Origin: a virus | Lineage: Duplodnaviria > Caudoviricetes | Direction: 5' to 3' (one strand) | Length of the DNA stretch: 64,000 bases | IMG/VR virus record: IMGVR_UViG_3300043447_000415 | Location: 8,568-72,567 of that record | Part shown: positions 47,984 through 56,641 of the stretch, piece by piece | Position numbering within the stretch: position 1 is the first letter of the stretch | Layout: the number at the start of each line of letters is the position of its first letter | Translations under genes and position numbers: made by a program | The notes under the pieces: generated by a model | Database searches by the model: none | Seen by the model: only the letters and a program-made list of their open reading frames with translations | Told to the model about the DNA's origin: nothing

Positions 47984-49606
47984 TTATTCCCCCTTCGAGG
48001 AGCCAACGGCCCCTTGATTCGATTCGGGCTTGGTCGCCTCCTTCACGTCGGCCGCAGGCTTGTTGGGGTCTGCGGTCAATGCGGCGGGATCGGCGGGCCA
48101 GCCCTTGAGCTCCTTCTCCATCTTGGCGCGAAGCTCTTTGGCCAACTGAGGAAAGAGTTTGTCCAGCACCGACTTCATCTGCTCTTGGCGAACCGCGTCC
48201 GGAGCGCTGATGAGCATGAGTCGTGCGGCGATGTCGAACTCGTCGTAGAGACCGCGTGTGTCGAAATCATCAGGGTAGGAGACGAGCTCCGGTCCGTCGA
48301 TTTCTTCACCGCTCCACTTGGCGACGATTGCCGCGATCCTGTTCTCGATCACTTCCAGGCTGTCTGCTTTGGCCGCCAACAGAGCATTCACTCGCTCGAA
48401 GTCGTAAGCCTTGGCGACACCGCTGGAGTTGTCGATACCGACCGCGTTGTCCTGCTTGGTGCGCTCACCGGCGAGACCGACCGTGTGGTAAATCTCGTTG
48501 ATGATCTTGTTGATGACCCCCAGGATCATCTGTGCCTGCTTGGGGTCAGGCGACAGGTAGTGCGGTGCAGCGCCGCCCTCCCCGTCATAGAGGAAGATGC
48601 GCTTGGTGCCCATCTCCGTCAGCTTGGTGTAGTTGTCCTCGCCAGGCATCACGTTCTGCGCCGGCATGGCCAACTGCGAGAAGGTCTGGTCCTGGATGAT
48701 GGCGTCCAGGTTGGAGAGGTAGTTCGCGACCGCCCGATCCAGGTACGCAATCTCGTCGATCAGCGCCTGAGCGCAGTATTCCTCGTCCGAGATGATGTTG
48801 TCGGCGATCACCACCGGAACGATGCCCAGGTTGTGGTCGCCGGAGTCCACGAGCTTGACCACCTTGCGGCGGCCTTCCTTGAACTCCTGGTAGAGCTGCC
48901 AGTTGGTCTTGGTCCACAGGCGGTAGCGCTCGACCTCGTCACCGGACGAGTTCATCGGGTCGGCAGCCTCGCGCACGCACTCCTCGATCAGCACCCATTC
49001 CAGAGCTCCGTCATCATCGAAAGCGTAGTCCAGGAGCTGCTCGGGCCCGACGGTGTAGGCGTAGGTGCGAACACCGGAGCTCTTCTCGTCAGCCTTGGAA
49101 AGGACGGGTGCCGCGTTGGCGCCGTTGGTGGTGTCGATCACGATGCCGATACGCCCGTAGATCGAGGTCTTCTTGGAAATCTGACGGCTGAGCTCCTTGA
49201 TGCTCAGTCCGTTGCGGGTTGCCTTCTTCCAGAAGCGCTTGATGGACTCGGGTGCGTCGGCTTCGTTGCGCTGGATGTTCTGCTTGAACAGGTACTTGTT
49301 CAGCAAGTCCACGACTTCACGGGAGTGGTTGAAGCGGTACGCACGGCTCAGGCGGTCGGCGAACTCGGTGTCGCCCTCCTTGATGTAGCGAAAGACGTTG
49401 TCCTTGAACCACTCGCGACCGCCCTCGTAGGTGTCCTCGAGGAAGTCCCAGTGAGCCTTGTTGTCTTTGTATTCGGGGTGGCGCCGCTCGATGAGGGCCC
49501 GCAGCTTCTTTTGATCGTCAGTGACGGGCGCGACAGTGCCGCCGGCCAGGTCCGACTTGGGATCGACGGCGAAGCTCTCGCCAGGTTTCATCGTAAGTTT
49601 TGCCAT
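47984..49606 (-). CDS. portal protein
   Basis: W..LEDTYEGG...RL.RAY.FN; SGVAKAYDF; follows the terminase; start at ATG 49606. Confidence 0.85.
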   Translation of the reverse strand: MAKLTMKPGESFAVDPKSDLAGGTVAPVTDDQKKLRALIERRHPEYKDNKAHWDFLEDTYEGGREWFKDNVFRYIKEGDTEFADRLSRAYRFNHSREVVDLLNKYLFKQNIQRNEADAPESIKRFWKKATRNGLSIKELSRQISKKTSIYGRIGIVIDTTNGANAAPVLSKADEKSSGVRTYAYTVGPEQLLDYAFDDDGALEWVLIEECVREAADPMNSSGDEVERYRLWTKTNWQLYQEFKEGRRKVVKLVDSGDHNLGIVPVVIADNIISDEEYCAQALIDEIAYLDRAVANYLSNLDAIIQDQTFSQLAMPAQNVMPGEDNYTKLTEMGTKRIFLYDGEGGAAPHYLSPDPKQAQMILGVINKIINEIYHTVGLAGERTKQDNAVGIDNSSGVAKAYDFERVNALLAAKADSLEVIENRIAAIVAKWSGEEIDGPELVSYPDDFDTRGLYDEFDIAARLMLISAPDAVRQEQMKSVLDKLFPQLAKELRAKMEKELKGWPADPAALTADPNKPAADVKEATKPESNQGAVGSSKGE

Positions 49607-49616
49607 GATTCTTCCT

Positions 49617-49645
49617 ATCTTATACGTCACGAATGACTTAGTCAA
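49617..49645 (-). promoter_or_regulatory. portal promoter TTGACT-17-TAAGAT with operator in spacer
   Basis: -35 at 49640-49645, -10 at 49617-49622; CGTCAcgaaTGACT at 49625-49638. Confidence 0.72.
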
Positions 49646-49648
49646 TCC

Positions 49649-50893
49649 TTAGATTGACAAGCCACCAATTTCTACTTTGCGAACTGGGTATTCCAACTCG
49701 ATGCAGTAGCCACCGGCGTCAGCCGAGTGTTCGGTGCCGGCCGACTTGTCCACCTCACGGGTGCCCTTCTTGTAGATCGTCTGCTCGAGTGCCGAGATGA
49801 AGTGCTTGCAGCGAGGGTTCACCTTCAGCCGCACGGCTCCATTGGCGTCCTTCAGCATCCGGTTCACTGCGTTGACCCTGTCGGCCACCATCGGGTGCTT
49901 CTTGCGGTACTTGATCCGCTTGAAGCCCTTTTCGCGCAAGATGTCCATGTCGGTCTCGCCACGAGCATGCTGGCGCTGGCCACCCGCCGGGTCGGGGTAC
50001 ATGACGATCTGGCTCTGGTGGCGCCAGAAGCGCTTCTCGAGCTCCTCGCACACCTCTTCGGTGTTGGAGCCGAACAGCACGATCTCGTCCACTGCCCAGA
50101 GCTCGCCATTCAACTGCGGCTGATAGATCACCGTGGACATCGGGTCGATGTTGAAGTCCATACCCACCCAGATGGGCAGCTTCGGGTTGAACTCCACTGG
50201 CTGGATGTGAACGCTGCGATCGAAGGGGTAGTAGACCCGGCCCGACATCGTCTCGAAGCTCGCCTCGAACTCCTGGCGAAACGACTTCTCGTCCATGTCT
50301 TTCTTGGCCGCCTCGATTTCCGAGACGGGGATGAAGGGCGAGGTGATGGTGGGGAACTGCCAGCTCTCCCACTCCCCGGCCGCCTTCAGCATCGGGTTCT
50401 GGCCCTTCTTGTAAAGCTCGTAGAGGTAGTTGTACGCCTTGGGCGTGCCGATGAAGATGGCGTGGCCACCCGTGTCGGCGAGCGTTGGGCGCAGCACCAG
50501 CGTCCAGACCTCCTCGGCCATGTCCTGGAACTCGTCCAGAACGAGAAAGTGGATACCCACGCCTCGCAGCGAGTCAGGCTTGTCGGCGCCTTTGAGCTCG
50601 ATCCGAGTGCCGTTGATGAGAGTGACGGTGAGGCTGGTCTCGTTGACCTTGCGAATCCACTTGCGCGGAATCGCATCCATCAGATCGACCCACATGATCT
50701 GCTTGGCCATCTTGTAGGTCGGCGCCACGTACCAGATTTTCTGCTTCTTCTTCTGAGCCTTCTTGATGATGAGGACTCGAGACAGCGCGGTCTTTCCCCA
50801 GCGACGGCCAGCCACGACAACCCGATACCGGCTCTGCGAGCGGTAGACCTCCATCTGCTTGGTGTGAAGGGAGAGGTTGACCTTGCCCGCCAT
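49649..50893 (-). CDS. terminase large subunit
   Basis: AGRRWGKT, YVAPT, LVLDEF, IGTP, GMDFN, HSADA. Confidence 0.95.
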   Translation of the reverse strand: MAGKVNLSLHTKQMEVYRSQSRYRVVVAGRRWGKTALSRVLIIKKAQKKKQKIWYVAPTYKMAKQIMWVDLMDAIPRKWIRKVNETSLTVTLINGTRIELKGADKPDSLRGVGIHFLVLDEFQDMAEEVWTLVLRPTLADTGGHAIFIGTPKAYNYLYELYKKGQNPMLKAAGEWESWQFPTITSPFIPVSEIEAAKKDMDEKSFRQEFEASFETMSGRVYYPFDRSVHIQPVEFNPKLPIWVGMDFNIDPMSTVIYQPQLNGELWAVDEIVLFGSNTEEVCEELEKRFWRHQSQIVMYPDPAGGQRQHARGETDMDILREKGFKRIKYRKKHPMVADRVNAVNRMLKDANGAVRLKVNPRCKHFISALEQTIYKKGTREVDKSAGTEHSADAGGYCIELEYPVRKVEIGGLSI

Positions 50894-51546
50894 CAGGTCT
50901 CCTCGACAACACCGTTGTCGGCAGCATCGTCATCTTCGAGGTCGCCGACGGAAACGGCTTCCAGCTCGTTGAGTTCGCGGAAGCTACGGGCCCGAAGCGC
51001 CTCGATCTGGTCGGCGGTCAGCTCCGAGATCACCAGTTCAGGCACATCGTTCTCGTCGATGGCGTCCGGACGATCCAGACCCAGCACGGCGTAGCGCTCT
51101 TCACGGGCTTTCTTGAGCACGTTCATGGCGCTTTCCAGCGCCTTCAGGTTGTTGATGGCTGTGCCGACGGGTACACCGTCTTGCTTGGCCTTGAGAATCT
51201 CGCCCCAGGTGAGCTTGGCCAGACCGCTGGCCATCTTGTAGTGCTCTTCCTTGGTTTCCTTGATTCGGGCCGCGATGATTGCCGCGTCGTTGACGAGTTG
51301 CTTCTCGACGACGCTCTCGACCTTCGCCATCGTTTTGGCACGCGCAGAGCCCTTTTTGATTCCCCTGCGACGGAAGTACTGCACGAACGACTGCTCGTGC
51401 CGATCGAATTTCTCGGCCAGTTGACCGTAGGTGACGGCGCCCTGCTCCCAGAGCGCGGTTGCTTCGGCCCACTCCCGCTCGGAGAGCTTGCCTTTGCGCT
51501 TGGGTTTCTCGGGCTTCTCTGCGCCCTTGGATGTCTCTTCAGTCAC
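50893..51546 (-). CDS. terminase small subunit
   Basis: N-terminal HTH, coiled coil, overlaps the TerL start. Confidence 0.8.
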   Translation of the reverse strand: MTEETSKGAEKPEKPKRKGKLSEREWAEATALWEQGAVTYGQLAEKFDRHEQSFVQYFRRRGIKKGSARAKTMAKVESVVEKQLVNDAAIIAARIKETKEEHYKMASGLAKLTWGEILKAKQDGVPVGTAINNLKALESAMNVLKKAREERYAVLGLDRPDAIDENDVPELVISELTADQIEALRARSFRELNELEAVSVGDLEDDDAADNGVVEET

Positions 51547-51617
51547 TGCGGATTCTTTCGTTCAAAAAAAAAGGGCGTGGAGAAGACGCCCAGAGGAGAT
51601 AACTGAAATCCTGGGCC

Positions 51618-51659
51618 AATGTAGCGCGAAAGCAACAATTTGTCAAGTCATTCATGACT
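51618..51659 (-). promoter_or_regulatory. terminase promoter TTGACA-17-TACATT with operator abutting -35
   Basis: -35 at 51641-51646, -10 at 51618-51623; AGTCAttcaTGACT at 51646-51659. Confidence 0.8.
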
Positions 51660-52044
51660 TAGTACCTTGGCGCCCGTAGAGTGCTGCACAGGCGGCGAAT
51701 GCCGCAGCCATCTCTTTGCTCGTTGTCTCCTGGGTCTCGAGCTCGCCTTCGTCGCCGAAGATGACCACGGCCCAGTGGTATCCGTCTTCCTCGCCGAACT
51801 CGACTTCGACCTTCAGGCCCGCAAGCACGTTCAGCGATTCGTCCAGGTTGCGGGAGAACCGCTCACCCACGAGCCAGTTGGTCTCATCCGGAACCACGTC
51901 GTTGGGCCAGACCTTGATGATGTCGTCCACGACCTCGAACCGAAGACCCAGCAGCCGCATGATCTGCGTGTCCACCAGAAGCGCCAGGTCCGGGGTTTCC
52001 CCGCCGGGGTTTTCCTGCTCCGCGACAATTTCAGATTGATTCAT
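51652..52044 (-). CDS. acidic hypothetical protein
   Basis: 130 aa ORF filling the gap. Confidence 0.6.
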   Translation of the reverse strand: MNQSEIVAEQENPGGETPDLALLVDTQIMRLLGLRFEVVDDIIKVWPNDVVPDETNWLVGERFSRNLDESLNVLAGLKVEVEFGEEDGYHWAVVIFGDEGELETQETTSKEMAAAFAACAALYGRQGTKS

Positions 52045-52113
52045 TCAGTCACTCTTTACTTATATTTAATATACGGTAGAGAGAATTTCCCCGATTCGGG
52101 GAATTTCCTCGAC

Positions 52114-52434
52114 TCAGTTCTCGAACACCTCGGAAAGTTCATCCAAGAGGTCGTCCGGAATGGTCTCGACCAGTGACAGCTTCGGCTTTCCGACCATGAT
52201 CTCGCCCTGGGTGGTCAGGCTGATGAGCGTGCGGGTGCGGCCCCGGCGCTTTTCTGGCGCGTCCTTTTGGATCAGACCATGTGCGATGAGTGCTCGGATC
52301 GAAAACTGGATGGATTGCTTGCTTGGCTTGTACGACAGCCGCTCGATGAGCTGGTCCAGGTCAATGGCGCCACCATCGGGGTTTCGTCGCCCGATGGTGT
52401 TCAGCAGTTCGATTTGTTTGAGGGTCAGGTGCAT
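52114..52434 (-). CDS. winged-helix (MarR-like) DNA-binding protein
   Basis: SKQSIQFSIRALIAHGLIQK..EKRRGRTRTLISLT. Confidence 0.7.
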   Translation of the reverse strand: MHLTLKQIELLNTIGRRNPDGGAIDLDQLIERLSYKPSKQSIQFSIRALIAHGLIQKDAPEKRRGRTRTLISLTTQGEIMVGKPKLSLVETIPDDLLDELSEVFEN

Positions 52435-52436
52435 GG

Positions 52437-53357
52437 TCAGCGGTACTTTTCAGGCAGTTTCGATACGTCCAGCGGCTCGGTGGTGGGTTGGTTGTCGAAA
52501 GCGATCACGGGCACGCGAGCCGGCAACTTCGAGACGTTCTTCTCGGGACTCGCGTCCGGATTGAGGTAGACCCCGTAGAGCGGGCTGGCCAGGACGAGCT
52601 GTTGGAGCGACTTCACGAGGTAGCCGATCTCCATGTTGTCCCGACGGTCCTCGCCCCGGAAGCGGGCATTTCCCGTCTTCTCGAGCGCCGAGCAGGCGTA
52701 GTAGAACTTGCGCATCTCGGCTTCGCACTTGGCGCGGGCAGCCGGCGGCATCGCCTTGATTTCTTCCATCACGCCCATGAAGTCCGACGGGTTGGCGTCG
52801 AACCAGCGGCGAAAGAAGACGAGGCCCTTGTCGTAGTTGGCGCTGCGCTTGGGCTTGGTGAACCGGATGCCGGCTTTGGCCGCGAACGGGTTGAACTTGC
52901 TCATGGACGACTGGAACTCGATCACGTCGCAGCCGGTCATGCGCATCATGAGGTTCTGCATCCGGTAGGCGATGCCGGCGCCCCGGTACATCGTGTCCAG
53001 CACGAGCCGGCTGTTGGTGCAGGCGTGGTCGTTGATCCAGTAGGCGCGAGTGCGGTTGATGAGTCGGCTGTCCATGCCGCCGGTGTTGGGCTTCAGGTGC
53101 TTGAAGACCTCGTTGCGGCCGCTCAGCAGCATCTTGGGCACCGTCATGACGCCCACCCCGATCACCTGGCCATTGAGCACGCAGCGGTAAATCTTCGGGC
53201 CGATGCCCAGCGATTCCGCCTTGTAGTGGAGCTCGTGGAGCAGGTTCCAGTCATCGATGTCGCCGCGCTCGACGTAGATGTCCTCGAGCAGCGACAGCTT
53301 GTGATCCACCGGCGTGGGGCGGCGTTCGATCCGGATGTCGGCGTTGTCAACGATCAT
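52437..53357 (-). CDS. GNAT-fold (Mom-like) acyltransferase
   Basis: LHY...; SRLVLDTMYRGAGIA acetyl-CoA-binding motif A; SSMSKFNPF..KAG. Confidence 0.72.
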   Translation of the reverse strand: MIVDNADIRIERRPTPVDHKLSLLEDIYVERGDIDDWNLLHELHYKAESLGIGPKIYRCVLNGQVIGVGVMTVPKMLLSGRNEVFKHLKPNTGGMDSRLINRTRAYWINDHACTNSRLVLDTMYRGAGIAYRMQNLMMRMTGCDVIEFQSSMSKFNPFAAKAGIRFTKPKRSANYDKGLVFFRRWFDANPSDFMGVMEEIKAMPPAARAKCEAEMRKFYYACSALEKTGNARFRGEDRRDNMEIGYLVKSLQQLVLASPLYGVYLNPDASPEKNVSKLPARVPVIAFDNQPTTEPLDVSKLPEKYR

Positions 53358-53626
53358 TTGCGCCGCTCCATCACGTTGCCGTAGAACCAGATGGCGCTGG
53401 CGATGCCCAGGCAGCCGCCCAGGGTCGAGATGCCCAACACCGCGAGCGAGCCGCTGGCGGCGTACTTCACGAAGATGAACTGAGACAGGCTGATGCCGGC
53501 CGAGGTCATCACGGCCGCCAGGTAGCGGCCGGCAACGACGTTGCGCGACTGCAAGCCCAGCAGAAAGACGACCGTGAAGGCGCCGGCGAAGATGATGGCG
53601 GCGTCAGCCAGGCTCAGCTCAGGCAT
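53354..53626 (-). CDS. small membrane protein (3 TM)
   Basis: Hydrophobic helices; start moved to ATG 53626. Confidence 0.65.
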   Translation of the reverse strand: MPELSLADAAIIFAGAFTVVFLLGLQSRNVVAGRYLAAVMTSAGISLSQFIFVKYAASGSLAVLGISTLGGCLGIASAIWFYGNVMERRK

Positions 53627-53930
53627 CGACGAACCCCAGAATCTTGGCGTCGGTCTGTTCGCCAACCAGGCGGGCGACCTCGCGGCCGTGGCTGAACTTG
53701 ACCAGCGTGGGCACCGACCGGATGTTGGTCTTCATAGCGGCTGCGGCAGCGTGGTAGACGTTCACGTAGCCGACATTCATCACGGCCGCACCTTCCAGAC
53801 GCTCGATTGCGGCTTTGACGCGACCGCACGGGGCGCAGTTGGGCGACGAGAAGAGCACGAACGACTTGGCGCCCTCTTCTTCGTTCCAGGAGCGCAGGAT
53901 GGCTTCTTCAAAGGTTTCTTGGTCTGTCAT
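53619..53930 (-). CDS. thioredoxin
   Basis: CAPC; IRSVPTL. Confidence 0.88.
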   Translation of the reverse strand: MTDQETFEEAILRSWNEEEGAKSFVLFSSPNCAPCGRVKAAIERLEGAAVMNVGYVNVYHAAAAAMKTNIRSVPTLVKFSHGREVARLVGEQTDAKILGFVDA

Positions 53931-54589
53931 GTGTTCTCCTTGAACTCGGCCGGCGTGCGGACGATCTCGATCTTTTCCCGATAGCGTTTTTCGATGTAGA
54001 GGTTCGGCGCCAGGTCGGCGACCATGTCGGTGTGGGTGGTGGCCACCATCAGCGTGGCGCCCATTTTTCGGGCGACCTTCTGGAGGTTGAAGGCGATGAC
54101 CTTGGCGGTCGTGCGATCCAGCACGGCCAGGAACTCGTCTGCGATCCAGACTTTGGCGCCCGATTCGATCAGCTTGGCGAGCTTAAAGCGGTAGCGCTGG
54201 CCGTCGGAGAGCTCCTGGGGCTTGCGCACGAAGAGATAGGCGTCGTTCAGCCCCGCGATGGACAACAGGTTGAGCGCCGAACTCGTGTCGCGGCCGATCT
54301 GGTCGATCAGCGGCTTGGTGGCGTCGAGCGGCACCTCGTCGATGTCGGAGACGTGCAGACCTTCGGTGGCCATCTGCACCTTCAGCTCGCGCAGCGCCAG
54401 GGACTTGCCCGAGCCGGACTGGCCCGTGATGTAGACCACGTCGCCCTGCTCGATCTCGATGGGCTGGTTCTCGAAGATCACGAACTCCTTGTCGTCCAGG
54501 CCCAGCCCGAACGCTTCGGCGATCTCCAGCACCCGGTCGGTGCGGTCCACATGGGACTTGAATCGTCGGTCGAGGTGATACGTGCTCAT
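53927..54589 (-). CDS. soluble ABC-family ATPase
   Basis: GQSGSGKS, LSDGQ, WIADEF, TTH; start at ATG 54589. Confidence 0.88.
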   Translation of the reverse strand: MSTYHLDRRFKSHVDRTDRVLEIAEAFGLGLDDKEFVIFENQPIEIEQGDVVYITGQSGSGKSLALRELKVQMATEGLHVSDIDEVPLDATKPLIDQIGRDTSSALNLLSIAGLNDAYLFVRKPQELSDGQRYRFKLAKLIESGAKVWIADEFLAVLDRTTAKVIAFNLQKVARKMGATLMVATTHTDMVADLAPNLYIEKRYREKIEIVRTPAEFKENT

Positions 54590-54714
54590 CGTTTGCCCAA
54601 CCAGTAGATGCGGACCCATTCGACGAGGAACCACGCGGCAAAGCTGCCCAGAAACACGCCAGGGATGGCTGCGATGAGCACAAGCCAGAAAAGGAAGGAG
54701 TTGATGCAGGTCAT
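54586..54714 (-). CDS. small TM peptide (42 aa)
   Basis: ATGA overlaps on both sides; hydrophobic. Confidence 0.55.
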   Translation of the reverse strand: MTCINSFLFWLVLIAAIPGVFLGSFAAWFLVEWVRIYWLGKR

Positions 54715-55079
54715 TCGTCGTCTTTCGCGTTTTCGCGCTTCATGGCGCGCAGGTTCTTGTTGAACCAGCTCACAACCTTCGGGTTGCTCATCCACATCTC
54801 CACCAGGCCGTTCGTGACCTGTGTGGTGATGTGCTCTTCTTCGGCGCCGTCTTTAACGCCGTACACCCAGTTGATGGCGTGAATCAGCTCGTGCTGGACG
54901 ACGTTCACCGCCCGCTGGCGATGCAAGGTGTCGTCGAGGTAGATGCGGAAGGTCTCGAAGTCCGTGATGCCGTCGCAGCCCTCGAGGATCGGGCTCTCGG
55001 CGGGCGTCGAGACGCTCAACCGGAACGTGTACTGTCCGATCTTGACGCGACGTGGAAGACCGCTGAATACGTCATTCAT
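54711..55079 (-). CDS. HEXXH-motif protein
   Basis: CDG.TD...VVQHELIHA...EE. Confidence 0.7.
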   Translation of the reverse strand: MNDVFSGLPRRVKIGQYTFRLSVSTPAESPILEGCDGITDFETFRIYLDDTLHRQRAVNVVQHELIHAINWVYGVKDGAEEEHITTQVTNGLVEMWMSNPKVVSWFNKNLRAMKRENAKDDE

Positions 55080-55732
55080 GACTTAGCCTCGGCGGTGGTC
55101 ATGACGCCCTTGATGAAGCGCACGAACGCTTCCGCCCCGGTAACACCCATCTCTTCCTCGATTTGGGCCATGAAGCGGGCAACGTGACGCTCGTCTGCGC
55201 CTGGGATCGCTTTGAAGCCGAGCGCTTTGTCGATCTTGACCTCTCGCGCATCCACTTCGGCGACCTTCTGAACACTTTCGTCCGCCTGCTTGGCTACCTC
55301 GACCTCGATGTCGTCCACGAACGCATCGGTGTTGAAGTCGCCCAGGTCGGCTTCCATGAACTCGAGTTCCTTCTTGTCGAAGATGCCTTCCAGGTCGAAG
55401 TCCAGGTCGGCGAGCTCCTTCTGGAGAATGGCGCTGTCGATGTCGGACAGGGCCACGCGGTTGTCCGCCAGGCGGTAGGCACGCTGCGCGGCTTCCGACA
55501 GGTTGTCGATCACCTTGATCGGCACGTCCTTCAGACCGAGCTTCAGAGCGGCCAGACGGCGACCGTGGCCAGCCAGGATCACGCCCTTGTCGTTCACGAC
55601 GATCGGGTTGCCGACCCAGCCGAACTCTTCGATCGACTTGGCGATCTTGTCCACCTGCTTGTCGTTGTGAATCTTGGCGTTCTGTTCGTACGGAACGATG
55701 GTGTCGATCGTCCAGGTTTTCTTGTTTGTCAT
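55076..55732 (-). CDS. ParB/Srx N-terminal domain protein
   Basis: PYEQNAKIH, SIEEFGW..PIVV, ILAGHGRRLAA, YRLADN. Confidence 0.88.
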   Translation of the reverse strand: MTNKKTWTIDTIVPYEQNAKIHNDKQVDKIAKSIEEFGWVGNPIVVNDKGVILAGHGRRLAALKLGLKDVPIKVIDNLSEAAQRAYRLADNRVALSDIDSAILQKELADLDFDLEGIFDKKELEFMEADLGDFNTDAFVDDIEVEVAKQADESVQKVAEVDAREVKIDKALGFKAIPGADERHVARFMAQIEEEMGVTGAEAFVRFIKGVMTTAEAKS

Positions 55733-55923
55733 CCTGCGTTTCTCCAGTAGTCCTTGAATTGCTCAATGGTCATGTCTTCAGCCTCCGAGTCATGCAGGCT
55801 GTCCTCATCACCATCGTCGTAAGGCTCGAAGTTGTCCGCCTCATCACAGTCTTCACACTGCTCTGGGTCGTACTTGCGATTGATGCAGGAATCGCACTCT
55901 TCGTATTTGTCTTCGGCCTTCAC
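55729..55923 (-). CDS. small acidic CxxC...CxxC protein
   Basis: CDSC...CEDC; GTG start at 55923. Confidence 0.55.
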   Translation of the reverse strand: MKAEDKYEECDSCINRKYDPEQCEDCDEADNFEPYDDGDEDSLHDSEAEDMTIEQFKDYWRNAG

Positions 55924-55927
55924 GGTG

Positions 55928-56578
55928 TCAGTCTTTCTTTGTGAGCAAGTGAACAAGGGCGTTGCCAGCATTAGAAAGTGAGTCTTCATCCGTGTACCGC
56001 TGCTCTTTCATTGTCCTCTCGACCAAGTCAGTGATGACTGATACATCATCAACAGGAACCTTGAATCGCATGATTTGGTGGGTTTGTGCAGGTTTCGGGG
56101 CTGCACTCTTGGGAAGTTCTTCATCGTCTGGTAGATCAAGATCGTCCAGCGATATATTGACACTTGAGAAAATTGAAGCGAAGTCGCTTTCGGAAAATGG
56201 CATGAAACTGGCAAGCTCTTCTGCACCTACTCCGATGTCGTCCAGCAGTTCAGCCAGTTGAAGCGTGTCGTCAGCGCCATACCGACCGTTGTCCACCAGA
56301 CTGATCTCTTTGGCCTTCTTGTCGGTGATGCGGCCCAGGTTGACCACGGGCACTTCGGCGATCTTGAGCGCTTGAGCGGCTTCCCAGCGGTGCTGGCCGC
56401 CGATGATCTCGAGCGTGCCGTTGATTTCGCGCACGACGATCGGCTTGAACATCCCGAAGCGCTTGATGGACTCTTCGAGCTTGTGCTGGTTTTCGGGAGA
56501 CACCACATTGGTGTTCCACGGGTTTGGAGAAAGCCGCTCGGGCGGGAGGGTTTCAACCTTGATCTTGTTGGTGTTCAC
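55928..56578 (-). CDS. second ParB/Srx N-terminal domain protein
   Basis: PNPWNTN, ESIKRFG...PIVVR, IIGGQHRWEAA. Confidence 0.88.
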   Translation of the reverse strand: MNTNKIKVETLPPERLSPNPWNTNVVSPENQHKLEESIKRFGMFKPIVVREINGTLEIIGGQHRWEAAQALKIAEVPVVNLGRITDKKAKEISLVDNGRYGADDTLQLAELLDDIGVGAEELASFMPFSESDFASIFSSVNISLDDLDLPDDEELPKSAAPKPAQTHQIMRFKVPVDDVSVITDLVERTMKEQRYTDEDSLSNAGNALVHLLTKKD

Positions 56579-56591
56579 GGCAATGTTTCTA

Positions 56592-56636
56592 AGTCACTGG
56601 TGACGGGACTATAATCCTTATATAAGAACTTGGCAA
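56592..56636 (-). promoter_or_regulatory. divergent promoter region: TTGCCA-17-TATAGT on minus strand, TATAAT on plus strand, operator at 56592-56605
   Basis: -35 at 56631-56636, -10 at 56608-56613; plus-strand TATAAT at 56610-56615; CTTATATAAG palindrome at 56617-56626. Confidence 0.72.
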
Positions 56637-56641
56637 GCCAC

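Noticed and set aside
53927-54589. ABC transporter
   Set aside because: No multi-pass permease or solute-binding protein; the ATPase is coupled to the GNAT operon
55076-56578. ParABS partition system
   Set aside because: Only ParB-N domains without a clear HTH/C-terminal dimer domain and no ParA; the ATPase has an ABC signature (LSDGQ)
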